From the NCBI RefSeq assembly GCF_006345805.1, contig NC_042998.1, forward strand, positions 122,450,001 through 122,514,000: DNA of 64,000 nucleotides, read 5' to 3'. The position numbers and the translations under genes are program-made. Shown in pieces: positions 24,446-37,260 of the stretch. The notes under the pieces are model-generated. The model had not been told where the DNA came from, made no database searches, and saw only the letters and a program-made list of their open reading frames with translations. Origin of the DNA: Octopus sinensis (taxonomy: Eukaryota). Every line of letters starts with the position of its first letter. Position 1 is the stretch's first letter.

Positions 24446-25544
24446 TGGATTAGAGCAAAGTAGCATTGTTGCTGCTTTGGTTATAGTCTACAACAATTGA
24501 CATCCCAACTCTCTTATGAACCCCCTAGGTATAAACAGATTGATAAATGACCTGGATTATCAAAAAATATCAATAAGCATATAGAAGGGAAATATCTGAC
24601 CTTGTACTGACATGTGATATAAAAGGTTTATGTAGCTATCTTAATTTTGAGAGATGGTAGTAGAAAATATATGAGATATGGAAGTACTTGTTACTCATTG
24701 CCTCACCTCAAAATAACAGAATAGGCTACAGTAATACCAAATAAACACAAAAGAGGAAATCAAATTGACTTTTAAAACACAGCTGAGCCAACTAGATGAA
24801 ATGTTGCACGTTTTAGAATACAGAGAAAGAATCTTTATTCCAGACAACTATTGGCCATGTTAGTACAAAATTGATAAGGAAAATGTTGCTGGTGGTCAAA
24901 GTGAAAGTCAGGATAATGACAAGAAAGAGGAAGGAGTGGTTGATCATGATAATGATGATGATAATAAATATTCACACACTCACGTGCACACATGCACATG
25001 TACACATACATTCAGGCGCGCGTGCACACACAAAACCAACATTGGCCACTCATGTTTCCTCCTCAATACAAAGTGCATACATGTACACTCATTTGTTAAT
25101 ATGTTGGTTTCAAATTTTGGAACAAAGCCAGTAATTCTGGAGAAGTGTGATAAGGCAATTACATTGACCTCAGTGCTCAACTGGTATTTGTTGTATTGTC
25201 TCCAAAAGGATGAAAGGAAATGTTGATCCCAGCAGAATTTTAATTCTGAATGTAAAGATGAATGAAATGCCACTAAGCATTTTGCCTAGCCTGCAGACAA
25301 TTCTGCCAGCTTGCTACCTTATCATAAGCTAATATATTAACAAACTAATGTACTCCCAAACACTTAGTGCACGCTTTAAGATGCACAGTGTTAAAAAACA
25401 CAGTATACTTCAAAGCCAGGCAAAACAAATCCTCCCAACATGGCAGTACATGGGGATATGGTGGGTGTCCAGACTTATAATCATATGTGAACATGTTTGT
25501 GTAAATGCATGCATGTTTGCATGTGATAAGTTGGTGAGGCAAAC

Positions 25545-25677
25545 CTTGTGCTGAGTCTCCAGTCTGTGGTGGTGGGAAGCACTGATAGCAGAAACTTTTA
25601 TAATTATGGTCCGCCAGTAGTCCATCAGTATCCAAGCACATATTTTCTTTCATGTTGGTATGATCAGAAAATCTCTC
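25545..25677 (-). CDS. Candidate exon (ERFSDHTNMKENMCLDTDGLLADHNYKSFCYQCFPPPQTGDSAQ)
   Basis: Open frame within ORF 25345-25653, donor CAAG|gtttgc, weak acceptor. Contains an HCF-1-binding-like DHNY motif. Confidence 0.25.
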
Positions 25678-25785
25678 CTTTACATTTTAAGTAAGGTTCT
25701 GGTTGAAGAGAGGTTTTAAAACAAATTTCTGTGTATGTGTGTGTATATATGTTTCTTTTACTCAAACTTTAACAACACCACTTAC

Positions 25786-25893
25786 CTCTTGGTTGTTTAC
25801 TCTGTTACAAGCATACATGTCAGTTTCCCAGTCTGCAGACAACTGTTTCTTTTTCTTAACCAAATCACAGAGCATCATGAGTGCTGCTCTCAT
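25786..25893 (-). CDS. Candidate exon (MRAALMMLCDLVKKKKQLSADWETDMYACNRVNNQE)
   Basis: Acceptor gacttttttag|ATG and strong donor GAG|gtaagt; 108 nt open in phase 0. Confidence 0.35.
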
Positions 25894-26278
25894 CTAAAAA
25901 AGTCATGGAAAAATTTTTTATATTCTCTTAATTAAATGGGTACTGGTAGAGCTATGTAGTTAAAAAACTCATTTCACAGTCAAGAATTACTGGATTCAAC
26001 TGAGAAACATTCTGTTGTGCCTTAGGCAAGTGGTCTTTATTTTAGACTCCAGTTGATCAATATACTGTGTGTGGAATTTGGTTTAGATAATGGAAGCTGA
26101 GTGGAATCTCACTTTACTCTCTCTTTCTCTCTCACACACACACATGCGCATGCACATACATACACGTGCACATACAGATACACACACTGAACATGTACAG
26201 CTTACACCTACATGAAAATCCTTGCTCTTTGAATGAAATTCTATGATATTTATTTTAGAGTGACTTATGTGTACTCAC

Positions 26279-26335
26279 CCATTACTGTTTATCTGCAACT
26301 GTATTGTTGGAAGCCTGTAACCGACGATGCTATTG
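26279..26335 (-). CDS. Candidate exon (NSIVGYRLPTIQLQINSN)
   Basis: Long pyrimidine tract, strong donor TGG|gtgagt. Its phase fits the 29491 exon but conflicts with the 25786 exon. Confidence 0.25.
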
Positions 26336-27437
26336 CTAACCAATTATGATATAGAATGTATAAATAATAGGAAACAAAGCAATGATAAAAAAGAAAACTC
26401 CACAAACTCTATTCAGTCCAAGCAAATCCATTTCATTGATGTTACGGTGCTCAAGTCAATGTGTCACTTCATTTGTCATTGGGCACAGACTTGGACACTG
26501 CAGTTGATTATGAGAGAAAGGAAGAAAAAGTGAAGGATCTATCTCAGTGCCTTTGCTCAGGATTGATGTATTATATATTGACCTTATGGTGATGAAAAGC
26601 AACGATGACATTTGCTAGATTTTAAACCAAAGTGCAGAGAACTGGAACAAATACTACAAGTCATTTATCCGATGCTCTAATGACTCCACCAATTTGCTGC
26701 CTGGTAGCAAAGATTACAGAATAAAAAAAAAAAAAAGTATTGGTTATTGAATAGCCAAAGAAGCCACTTTATAAGGTTCTTGGAGAATTTGGAATTGTAT
26801 TAGCTATTGTGTGTAATTAAATTTTTGATATTTTCTTTAAAGCTAAATGGAATGAATTTAAATTGAATAAATTTATTCAAAAGTGTTCCTTAATTTTACT
26901 CAATTAGTTCAAAGATGAACTCGAAGAGTAATGAAACTAGGCGAGACAATATTCTTTTAACACACTAAATAAGTTTACAATTTTTTTCGGCTATTTTTCT
27001 CTTTTTTTATTCATTCATTATTTATTTATTCATTTATCATTTGTTCACCCTTAGAGAATTGCAGAAGTCAGGTTTCAAAATTGCATACGCTATTCCTCCC
27101 CACTTACACACACACACAAATTGTTTGTATTTCATTATTTTACATGCTGTTAAATGCAGTGGATTGTCAGAACTAGTAAAGCACTGGATAAAATGCCTTG
27201 TGGTATATTACTCTCTCCATTCACACACTGAGTTCAAACCTGCCAAGATACGCTGTCATTTGTCCTTCTGTGGTTGATAGGTCGATAAAATATGTAATGC
27301 TTAAATCCTTTAACATCCACAAAAAGCAGCTAAGAGAACAATAATTTATGAGAACAATCATTATTTAACTTGATACGTGGTATAGCGGTTTTCATTGGCT
27401 GTTCAAGTGCGTACTATTAAATAGAAAAACAGTATGA

Positions 27438-29460
27438 ATCATCATCATCATCATCATCATCATTTAGCGTCCGTTTTCCATGCTAGCATGGGTTGGACGG
27501 TTCTACTGGGGTCTGTGAAGCCAGAAGGCTTCATCAGGCCCAGTCAAATCTGGCAGTGTTTCTACGGCTGGATGCCCTTCCTAACACCAACCACTCCGTG
27601 AGTGTAGTGGGTGCTTTTTACGTGCCACCCGCACTGGTGCCAGACAGAGCTGGCAAACGGCCACGAACGGATGGTGCTTTTTATGTGCCACCGGCACGAG
27701 GGCCAGGCGAGGCTGGCAACGGACACGAAACGGGGCGGTGCTGGCAACGGTCGCGAAACGGAAAGTTCTCTTACATGCCACCGGCACTGGTAACACAATC
27801 TGCAATTTCCATTGATCGATTTCGATTCTGATCCTCACTTGCCTCAATGGGTCTTCACAAGCAGAGTTTCGACATGCCACCGGCACTGGTAGCACATCCG
27901 CAATTTCCATTGATCGATTTCGATTCTGATCCTCACTTGCCTCAACACGTCTTCACAAGTAGAGTTTTGTGTCCCAAGAAGGGAAGGTATGCATACGTAG
28001 GCTGGCTCCATCCCATGTAGAAGGCCACGGGTTTGTGGACTCACTTGTCCTGCCGGGTCTTCTCGCGCACAGCACACTTCCAGAGGTCTCGGTCTCTAGT
28101 CATTTCCTCAGTGAGACCTAAAGTTCGAAGGTCGTGCTTCACCACCTCGTCCCAGGTTTTCCTGGGTCTGCCTCTTCCACAGGTTCCCTCAACCGCTAGG
28201 GTGTGGCACTTTTTCACACAACTATCTTCATCCATTCTCGCCACATGACCATACCAGCGCAAACGTCTCTCTTGCACACCACAACTGATGCTTCTTAGGT
28301 CCAGCTTTTCTCTCAAGGTACTTACACTCTGCCGAGTGTGAGTACCGGCATTACACATCCATCGGAGCATACTGGCTTCATTTCTAGCGAGCTTACGCAT
28401 ATCCTCAGCAGTCACGGCCCATGTTTCACTGCCATGTAGCATGGCTGTTCGTCACACGCATCATACAGTCTGCCTTTCACTCTGTGCGAGAGGCCTTTTG
28501 TCACCAGCAGAGGTAAGAGCTCTCTGAACTTTGCCCAAGCTATTCTTACTCTAGCAGTTACACTTTCAGCACACACACCCACCCCCGCTGCTGACTTGGT
28601 CACCTAGGTAACGGAAACTATCAACTATTTCTAGTTTTTTCTCCCTGGAAAGTGACGGAAGTTGGTCTCAGAGCATTTTCAGTGTTTATTGTTCCTGAGC
28701 ATCTGCCACATACAAAAACCATCTTCCTAGTTAGCCTTCCTTTGACATTGCTGCATCTCTTATGTGTCCATAGCTTACACTTGGTGCATCTTATAGAGTT
28801 TCTACCTACACCTTTTCTACAGATCGAGCAGGGCCATCTACCTGAAGGTGTTGTGATTTGTCTACCTTCCTACTGATTACGACTTTTTTAGCTAGATTGA
28901 CTCTGAGGCCCTTCGATTCTAATCCTTGTTTCCACACCTGAAACTTCTCCTCCAGTTCTGATAGCGACTCAGCAATTAGAGCAAGGTCATCAGCATAGAG
29001 GAGCTCCCAAGGGCATCCTGTCTTGAATTCCTCCGTTATTGCCTGGAGGACTATGATAATAGGAGGGGGCTGAGTACTGAGCCTTGGTGGACCCCTACCT
29101 CTACCCGGAATTCTTCACTGTACTCATTTCCAACCCTCACCCTACTAGCGGCGTCCCTATACATGGCCCGCACAGCTCTCACTAACCATTCATCTATCCC
29201 TATTTTCTCATTGCCCACCAGATAAGGATCGGGGGACCCTGTCGAAGGCTTTCTCCATGTCAACAAAAGCCAGGTACAGGGGCTTATCTTTGGCTAGGTA
29301 TTTCTCCTGCAGCTGCCTTACCAGGAATATAGCATCAGTAGTACTTTTCCCTGGCACAAACCCAAACTGCATCTCATCTAAACTAACTCTCTCTCTAATT
29401 AGTTGGGCTATGACCCTCTCCGTAACCTTCATCACCTGGTCCAACAGCTTGATACCTCTA
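27438..29460 (-). mobile_element. 5'-truncated RTE-clade LINE (RT domain + 3' UTR + (GAT)n tail)
   Basis: QFGFVPGKSTTDAIF, FVDMEKAFDRVPR, LLYADDL, LHGSETW, RRLRWYGHV and GRGRPRKTW, split by frameshifts. Confidence 0.95.
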
Positions 29461-29490
29461 AGACATTTTTGTGTGTGCAGGTCGACTCAC

Positions 29491-29555
29491 ATATTATGTA
29501 GCTCTGCTACAGTGAATAGGGGTGGAGTAGCAAAGAGGTCCCAGACAGTAATTAC
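29491..29555 (-). CDS. Candidate exon (VITVWDLFATPPLFTVAELHN), WD40-like wording
   Basis: Acceptor ggtttactccaacag|GTA and strong donor AAT AT|gtgagt; only phase 0 is open. Confidence 0.4.
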
Positions 29556-29690
29556 CTGTTGGAGTAAACCAGAGTTTTAATCCTGTTCAGGTTAACTTTT
29601 TACTTTCTCCTCTGGGAAATTGATAAAATTATTCCAATTACAACTTTAATGTAATCCACTCAACTAAAAACATTCTCCAATAAAGCTTAC

Positions 29691-29712
29691 CTTGTTTAGC
29701 CCCAGAACAACC
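29691..29712 (-). CDS. Candidate 22-nt exon (VVLGLNK)
   Basis: cttctcaactag|G...AAG|gtaagc; splices in frame to the 29491-29555 exon. Confidence 0.3.
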
Positions 29713-29751
29713 CTAGTTGAGAAGATTTACGATTCAAAACTTTCTAACTAT

Positions 29752-29889
29752 GGTGTCGCTGTGTGGTAAGAAGCTTGCTTCTCACCCACATCGTTCTGGG
29801 TTCAGTCCCACTGCATGGCACCTTGGGCAGGTGTTTTCTTCTCTAGCCTTGTGAGTGGATTTGGTAGATAGAAACTGAAAGATGCCCAT

Positions 29890-29935
<46 letters not shown>

Positions 29936-30128
29936 TATAATCACTTGACAATTGAGGCTGGTGTGTTTATGTCCCTGTAACTTAGTGGTTTGGCCTAAAA
30001 GGTTGATAGAATAAGTACTGGGCTTAGAAAAGAATAAGTCCTGGGGTTGATTTGTTTGATTAAACCCCCTGAAGTGTGTTCCAGTATGGCCCCAGTTAAG
30101 TGACTAAATCAAATAAAAGAATAAAAGA
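29752..30128 (+). mobile_element. tRNA-derived SINE with central (TA)n
   Basis: Head gctgtgtggtaagaagcttgctt...gggttcagtcccactg; tail agaataagtcctggggt...aataaaagaataaaag. Confidence 0.85.
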
Positions 30129-31685
30129 AAAATTCATATAATTTTTGGGGGATATAATGTATATAGGATAAAATTATCTAATGTGTTCTTAACTTTTGAG
30201 ATGGTAGGGTAAGACACTGGGGAGTTTAGACAGCTATTTCTACCAAGTAAGACAATCATTTAGAGGTTCCCTTAATAGTTATTCACTCCTCTGTTGGTTA
30301 CCAGCCCTAATCAAACAGGTCTATGATGAAAGTTGCTTAAATAGCAACCATCCTATTCTCCTTTTCATCTATAGTTCATTTCAAATTACCATATTTTAAC
30401 GTGTATAAGGAATCCCGTAAGTTTTGGGGCTTAAAATTTTGAAAAAGGGTTTTGTAAGGGATTATAATACTATCCATGTATAAGAAACTCCTATATATTT
30501 TGAATCTAATTTTTGACAAAAAAGGGTTCCTTATACACGTTAAAATACGGTACATTGTTCAGTGTTTCCCTTCTTTAAGATACTACAGTTTGTTATGCCC
30601 GATGATTGTCTTGTTTGTATCTCTTGAAAACCTTTGTTGGCTCATTTTTGTTCTATATTTTGAAGAACAGGGAGGTCAGCCAAACTTGTAGAATACTAGA
30701 TAATTAAATATGTCTACAGTTCAGTGTTTTACAAGGCAGTGAAGACTACCAAGCCTGGAGACTTATGGATAGCTAAATAGTCTCACTGTCTCACAGTTCT
30801 GTTTTGAAGACCAGTGAGATGACAAAACTGGTAGAATACTGTCTCTACAGTTTTTAATCTATCTTCTCACATTCAGAACAGCATTATGCTTCATCTGTCA
30901 AGAATTGATAAAGTGGTAACATACTTTTTTTACTTATGTATGTAATACCAGATTTATGTGTAGTGAGGCCTTATGCAGTAAAGCTTGCCAGTCCCTTGTT
31001 AAAAAAATTCCACCAGAAGGTTTCAAAAAGGAAAATTGAAAACATATATGCTATTCAATTATTTTGAGGCCACTGCATATTGTGAGACCTTAAGCTGCAG
31101 CTTGTTTATTTGTGCCTAAATCCATCACTGCATGAATGCTTATATTTTCTTTAGTTTAGTACTTTCATATTATTTCTCAAGAACTCTCAAGAAATCTGAT
31201 ATGGAATATAACAGTTGGCAGAATGGAAGAAGATAGAAGTAGTGGAGATTGTTAGGCAAATTACATGCAGGAAATAATAAATCATTTCCTTATAACAATA
31301 CTGGAATCATTTCAGTCAAGTCTACATTAGCTTATCATGAAGACTGACTGTCTGCCTGCACAGTCAATCAAAATCCTTATTTACATACAGCAGAGGATTG
31401 TGGATTGTGGAGATAACAGAAATAGTAAAACATTGAACCAGAAGTATTTCAGTATTTAGATACATCGGTTGGGTGTGAAGTTCAAATCTCATTAGAATCT
31501 AATGTGTTAGTCAGTTGCTAAAATAATTATCCTTTATATACTTGTACTTCAAAAAAAGACTAATATCATTATAATAATAGAGTGGTGTCTTGGCCTAGTC
31601 ATTACAGTGTCTGGTAAAATGCCTTGCAGTATTTCTTCTGACATTTTATGCTCAAATCCCATTGCATTTTATCTTTTTGGGGTTA

Positions 31686-32311
31686 CTCTTTTACTTTTTA
31701 CTTGTTTCAGTCATTTGACTGTGGCCATGCTGGAGCACTGCCTTTTAGTCGATCAAATCGACCCCAGGACTTATTCTTTGTAAGCCTAGTACTTATTCTA
31801 TCGGTCTTTTTTTGCTGAACCGCTAAGTTACGGGGATGTAAACACACCAGCATCGGTTGTCAAGCGATGTTGGGGGAACAAACACTGACACACAAACATA
31901 CACATACATATATATACATCATCATCATCATCGTTTAGCGTCCGTTTTCCATGCTAGCATGGGTTGGACGGTTCTACTGGGGTCTGTGAAGCCAGAAGGC
32001 TTCATCAGGCCCAGTCAAATCTGGCAGTGTTTCTACGGCTGGATACCCTTCCTAACGCCAACCACTTCGAGAGTGTAGTGGGTGCTTTTTACGTGCCACC
32101 CGCACAGGTGCCAGACAGAGCTGGCAAACGGCCACGAACGGATGGTGCTTTTTATGTGCCACCGGCACGAGGGCCAGGCGAGGCTGGCAATGGACACGAA
32201 ACGGGGCGGTGCTGGCAATGGTCGCGAAACGGAAGGTTCTCTTACATGCCACCGGCACTGGTAACACATCTGCAATTTCCATTGATCGATTTCCATTGAT
32301 CGATTTCGATT

Positions 32312-32350
<39 letters not shown>

Positions 32351-32528
32351 CACACATACATACATATATACGACAGGCTTCTTTCAGTTTCCGTCTACCA
32401 AATCCACTCACAAGGCTTTGGTTGGCCCGAGGCTATAGTAGAAGACACTTGCCTAAGGTGCCACGCAGTGGGACTGAACCCAGAACCATGTGGTTCGTAA
32501 GCAAGCTACTTACCACACAGCCACTCCT
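31686..32528 (-). mobile_element. Same SINE family, interrupted by an RTE 3' fragment
   Basis: SINE tail at 31686-31905 and head at 32345-32528, with the insert lying in the central microsatellite. Confidence 0.85.
31918..32310 (-). mobile_element. Young RTE 3' fragment
   Basis: Nearly identical to 27455-27830. Confidence 0.9.
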
Positions 32529-33195
32529 ATACCTATAACGAAAGTATCATTGAGTACAGGGATTAATTTAATTGAAAAATCCTTCCCCAGCATTGATAAA
32601 ATATTGTTGAAGATGAAATAATCCAATTAAGAACCTTGAAAGAAAGTAAAGGAAGGTCTATTCCAAAATAAACTCTAAATTCCAGGTTTTTTTCACCAAA
32701 ATGTCAAGTTTGTAAATGAATAATTCATTTGGTTAGCTAATATGTAATATGCAGTCTCCAACACTATATACCATATGTAATCACTAACGTCATAAAAGTA
32801 TGTACGTAAAGAAGAAGGAATCAAGTGCTCAGTGCATATTTTTATCTTTTAAGTGAAAATATCAACTAAATGCAGAATATTTAACCAAGTATTTAAATTT
32901 TTCTCTTAATAATGAAAACTTTGATCCCAAGAAATTTTAAAAATAAATTTTAAACAGTTTTAGAACTTTCATGTATTTCAGTGTATGGATTCTGACAGTA
33001 TGAATTCAAACTAGAAAAAAGATTGCAATCAGTAACCATCAGAACAGTGTACCCATGCAAATAAACTCTCCAAAAAGCTTACTAAGGTATGAGCACACAT
33101 GCATACAAATATAAATATATATCCCAAAACTACATATATACATGTTTATCAAAATATACAAAACAGTAACTACTGCAAAAATGTTATACAATAAC

Positions 33196-33400
33196 ATTTT
33201 ACTTGTTTCAGTCATTTGACTGTGGCCATGCTGGAGCACCACCTTTAGTCGAGCAAATCAACCCCAGGACTTATTCTTTGTAAGCCTGGTACTTATTCTA
33301 TCGGTCTCTTTTGCTGAACTGCTAAGTTATGGGGGACATAAACACTCCAGCATCGGTTGTCAAGCAATGTTGGGGGGACAGACACAAACACACACACATA

Positions 33401-33442
<42 letters not shown>

Positions 33443-33610
33443 TATATACAATGGGCTTCTTTCAGTTTCCGTCTACCATATTGACTCACAAGGCTTTGAT
33501 TGGCCTGAGGTTATAGCAGAAGACACTTGCCCAAGGTGCCATGCAGTGGGACTGAACCCAGAAGCATGTGGTTGGTAAGCAAGCTACTTACCACACAGCC
33601 ACTCCTATGC
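33196..33610 (-). mobile_element. tRNA-derived SINE (family of 29752)
   Basis: Full tail, central (TA)n and head; shows CpG-to-TpG/CpA decay. Confidence 0.9.
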
Positions 33611-34016
33611 CTATAAGTACTTGAAATGAAAAGCTTAGACTTAATAAACAGCAGCTAATGACTGGTATGGAGTGCCAACAACTTTATAACATCTCACTGA
33701 GAATGTTTCTTGCCACTGGTGTAAGACAAAGATCCCCAAATACCACACCATTTACTAAAAGACAAAAGCATCAGCTATCAATCAAATGTAGATTGTGTAA
33801 AAGTCAAATGCGAAGATATTAGCCACATCATTGCCAATTAAAAGAATGCTCTTAAGAATCATGTGGCATGGTGTGGTAATCAGAGCAGTCTGGAATAGAT
33901 TGAGAAAGGTAAAAATGACAACAAATGATGACAGGGAAAAAGAGCATTGGTGGAATTCTAAGAATTAAAACAACCAAACTGATATTATTGTCTGCAACTG
34001 CAAAATAAAGATATAC

Positions 34017-34075
34017 CCATCATGTAGAGAGAAAAATACAGGTAAAGGAGACCTTTTTGACCATTGTAGAGAAGG
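34017..34075 (-). CDS. Candidate exon (PSLQWSKRSPLPVFFSLHD)
   Basis: Strong acceptor atttttatgcctttgatttgcag| and donor GG|gtatat; phase 0 to 2 fits the 29691 exon. Confidence 0.25.
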
Positions 34076-35589
34076 CTGCAAATCAAAGGCATAAAAATAT
34101 ACTTTCACTTTTACACCCATTACACTGTGTAACAAAATAAAAATTTTCTTTTGTCTTTGGTCAGTAAGTGTTATTTATTTGCTTCTATCTAGAAATCAAA
34201 GGAAATGACTATTATCCCCTTCAAACTTTGCTTTTGTGACCTGTACATATATGTTTTAAAACTGACCTATGTTCCGTTACATTTCAGACTGACTCAGCAC
34301 TGAGTTGCTATAGTAGAAATATGGTTATAGCAAATACTCTGCTCAATACCACAAATTTGCTTGTCAGTTGCTTGACCGTAACCACTTGAGCATATCCCTT
34401 AGTGGCTGACAATATGTGTATCTCTGATCATGAGCAAGAGTTGTGGGGGAGTATCATAGCCATGAGTTGAGAGGGATTCTTTGTGGTTTGGATAAATGTA
34501 ACAAAAGCAAAGTTTGAAGGAAATATTAGCCATTTTCATACTTTCTAGGGGTAAGCAAATAGGAAATAACAGCTGCTACCCAAAGAAAAAAGTCATCTTA
34601 CACAGTGTTAATATTGGAGTGGTAAGATAGGTATCAACTGGGTGGATCAAAGCATAGCTGAACTTGAATTCTTGGATACAGAAAGTAGCTCTATAAAAAT
34701 CTACAAGACCTTAAGTTTTAAAGAGTAAATGCTTGCACATAAGTTGCTCATTTCTCATAGAAAAATGGTTTCTAGTACAACATTACAACTGAGCATAGGT
34801 TGGTTAAATAAACTTTAAAACTCTGATCAAGAAGCGAAAAAACACAGATAGACAGATAATACATATGTACTTACATACATACATACAGACAGACTGAGCG
34901 ACATATACACAAATACAGAAACGCACACACAGACATGACTTCTATAGCAACAGCAGCTTTACAGTGTGCCAAAGACTTGAGTGAAGAATATAGGTTTCAT
35001 ATAGAAAATTACAGCAGACTTGATGACGTCATAACCAGACATAACAAGACAGTCATGTGCTTATCATCTCTATCATCATTTAAACTCTGACATTGGCTGC
35101 TTAGGAAGCTTGCACTTGGTTGTTTCACCTCTAGAAGTAGCAGCAAAATGTCTCTCAAATCACTCATTACCAACATGAAAGAAGAAGAAGGAATATATTG
35201 GATAATGTATTCCAAGATAGAATATAAATAAAAGAAAAAAACAACAGCAATAGATAAGACTGAATGATCACAGCTGGAATGCTTTTTATTCATGGGTTGG
35301 CTTGATCAGAGCTGACCTTGGGCTAAATAACAATAACAACTGATTGCTTTCTACTTTTCTTTCATACTTTTATCCACCCACATACATACACATAGAACAA
35401 CACACACACACACACATACATGCACGTGCACACGCACACACACACACACAAGCACACACAAACACACACACACTTATACATAGACCAAGATATATACAAA
35501 TATTGATATTTGTAAACTTACTGAACATTCATACATCATTCTTAATGTAACAGACCATCAATAAAGTTGGCCTGTCTGTCTGTCTGAAT

Positions 35590-35644
35590 GCTCGTATGTA
35601 TTATTATATCATATATATATATATATATATACATACACACACAC

Positions 35645-35685
<41 letters not shown>

Positions 35686-36187
35686 CACACACATATATAT
35701 ATACATACATATGTATGTACAAACATACACACGCACGTATATACATACAAACACACTTGCACATATATATACACACACATATATAGATCGTGTGTGTGTG
35801 TGTGTATATACGCATACATGTTGGGATATATAAACAAGAAAAAAGTACTAAATATATGTAGATTGATGGTAGAAAGATACATAGAAGAAGAAACAGAATA
35901 TATGTAGATAGAAAGATGATTATATAGATAAATATACACACAGACAGGATGATGATTAGATAGATAGATACCAGTCTATTTATAGAATGACAAATACATA
36001 CACATATACATACATACATACATACATAAATACATACATACATATATTTGTATATATATACATGTATATATATATATATATATGTTACATATGACATATA
36101 TATAATACATCCATCTACATATAATATATATATATATATAATATATATATATATATACATATATATTTAATGATATGATATACATTC

Positions 36188-36231
<44 letters not shown>

Positions 36232-36275
36232 TATTTAATGATATGATATACATTCATATATAATATATATATATA

Positions 36276-36368
<93 letters not shown>

Positions 36369-36430
36369 AAGAGAGTCAGAAGGAGGGAGAGAGAGTGTGT
36401 ATGAGAGAGAGAGAGAGAGAAAGAGAGAAG
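35590..36430. repeat. Large compound (TA/CA/TAGA/GA) microsatellite with an internal ~60-bp tandem duplication
   Basis: Direct reading; atatatttaatgatatgatatacattca occurs twice (~36160 and ~36230). Confidence 0.95.
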
Positions 36431-36854
36431 GTGTCGAGACTAGACTTTCCTATTTAAAAAGAAAATGTTATATTTATATTGAATAAGCAAAATGAAAACT
36501 GAAAGCAATGAATATTTTATTAGAAATATATATTATTTTATGTGAAAGCGGTATGGCTATGTGTTAGCTATAAACACTGATTAGACTCCACGTCTTTTAA
36601 TTTGGCTGCAAAATTAGTAACAGAAACACTCTCCCCACATCCTCAGGAAAGCAGCAATAGCAACAGCAGTAAATTCGTTTCTCCGTTTACTAGTTTGGGT
36701 AGAAGGGGTAGTATCCTAGTACCCAGTATCCTTTTCAAACTCTTTCTAGTCGGGGGTCATAATGATATATACGCATAGGTGAAATTACTGTATTTTACCT
36801 TCAGAGCGAATCATTACAGGTGAAATTTAATGCTTGGAAGTTGGTATGTACTCT

Positions 36855-37260
36855 TTTACTCTTTTACTTGTTTCAGTTATTTGACTATGGCCATGCTGGA
36901 ACACTGCCTTTAGTCGAGCAAATCGACCCCAGGACTTATTCTTTGTAAGCTTAGTACTTATTCTATCGGTCTTCTTTTGCCGAACCGATAAGTTACGGGG
37001 ACATAAACACACCTGCATCGATTGTCAAGCAATGTTGGGGGGACAATCACAGACACAAACATATACATACACATACATACATATATACATATATACGACC
37101 GGATTCTTTCAGTTTCCGTCTACCAAATCCACTCACAAGGCCTTGGTCGGCCCGAGGCGATAGTTGAAGGCACTTGCCCAAGGTGCCACGCAGTGGGACT
37201 GAACCCCGAACCATGTGGTTTGGTAAGCAAGCTACTTACCACACAGCCACTCTTACGCCT
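36855..37260 (-). mobile_element. tRNA-derived SINE (family of 29752), followed by a partial tail at 37283-37440
   Basis: Same head and tail motifs as the other copies. Confidence 0.9.

Noticed and set aside
35542-36486. Many YI/CV/HT-rich ORFs here and at 12.0, 45.5-46.3, 49.8-51.6 and 53.8-54.2 kb
   Set aside because: Translations of dinucleotide and tetranucleotide microsatellites.
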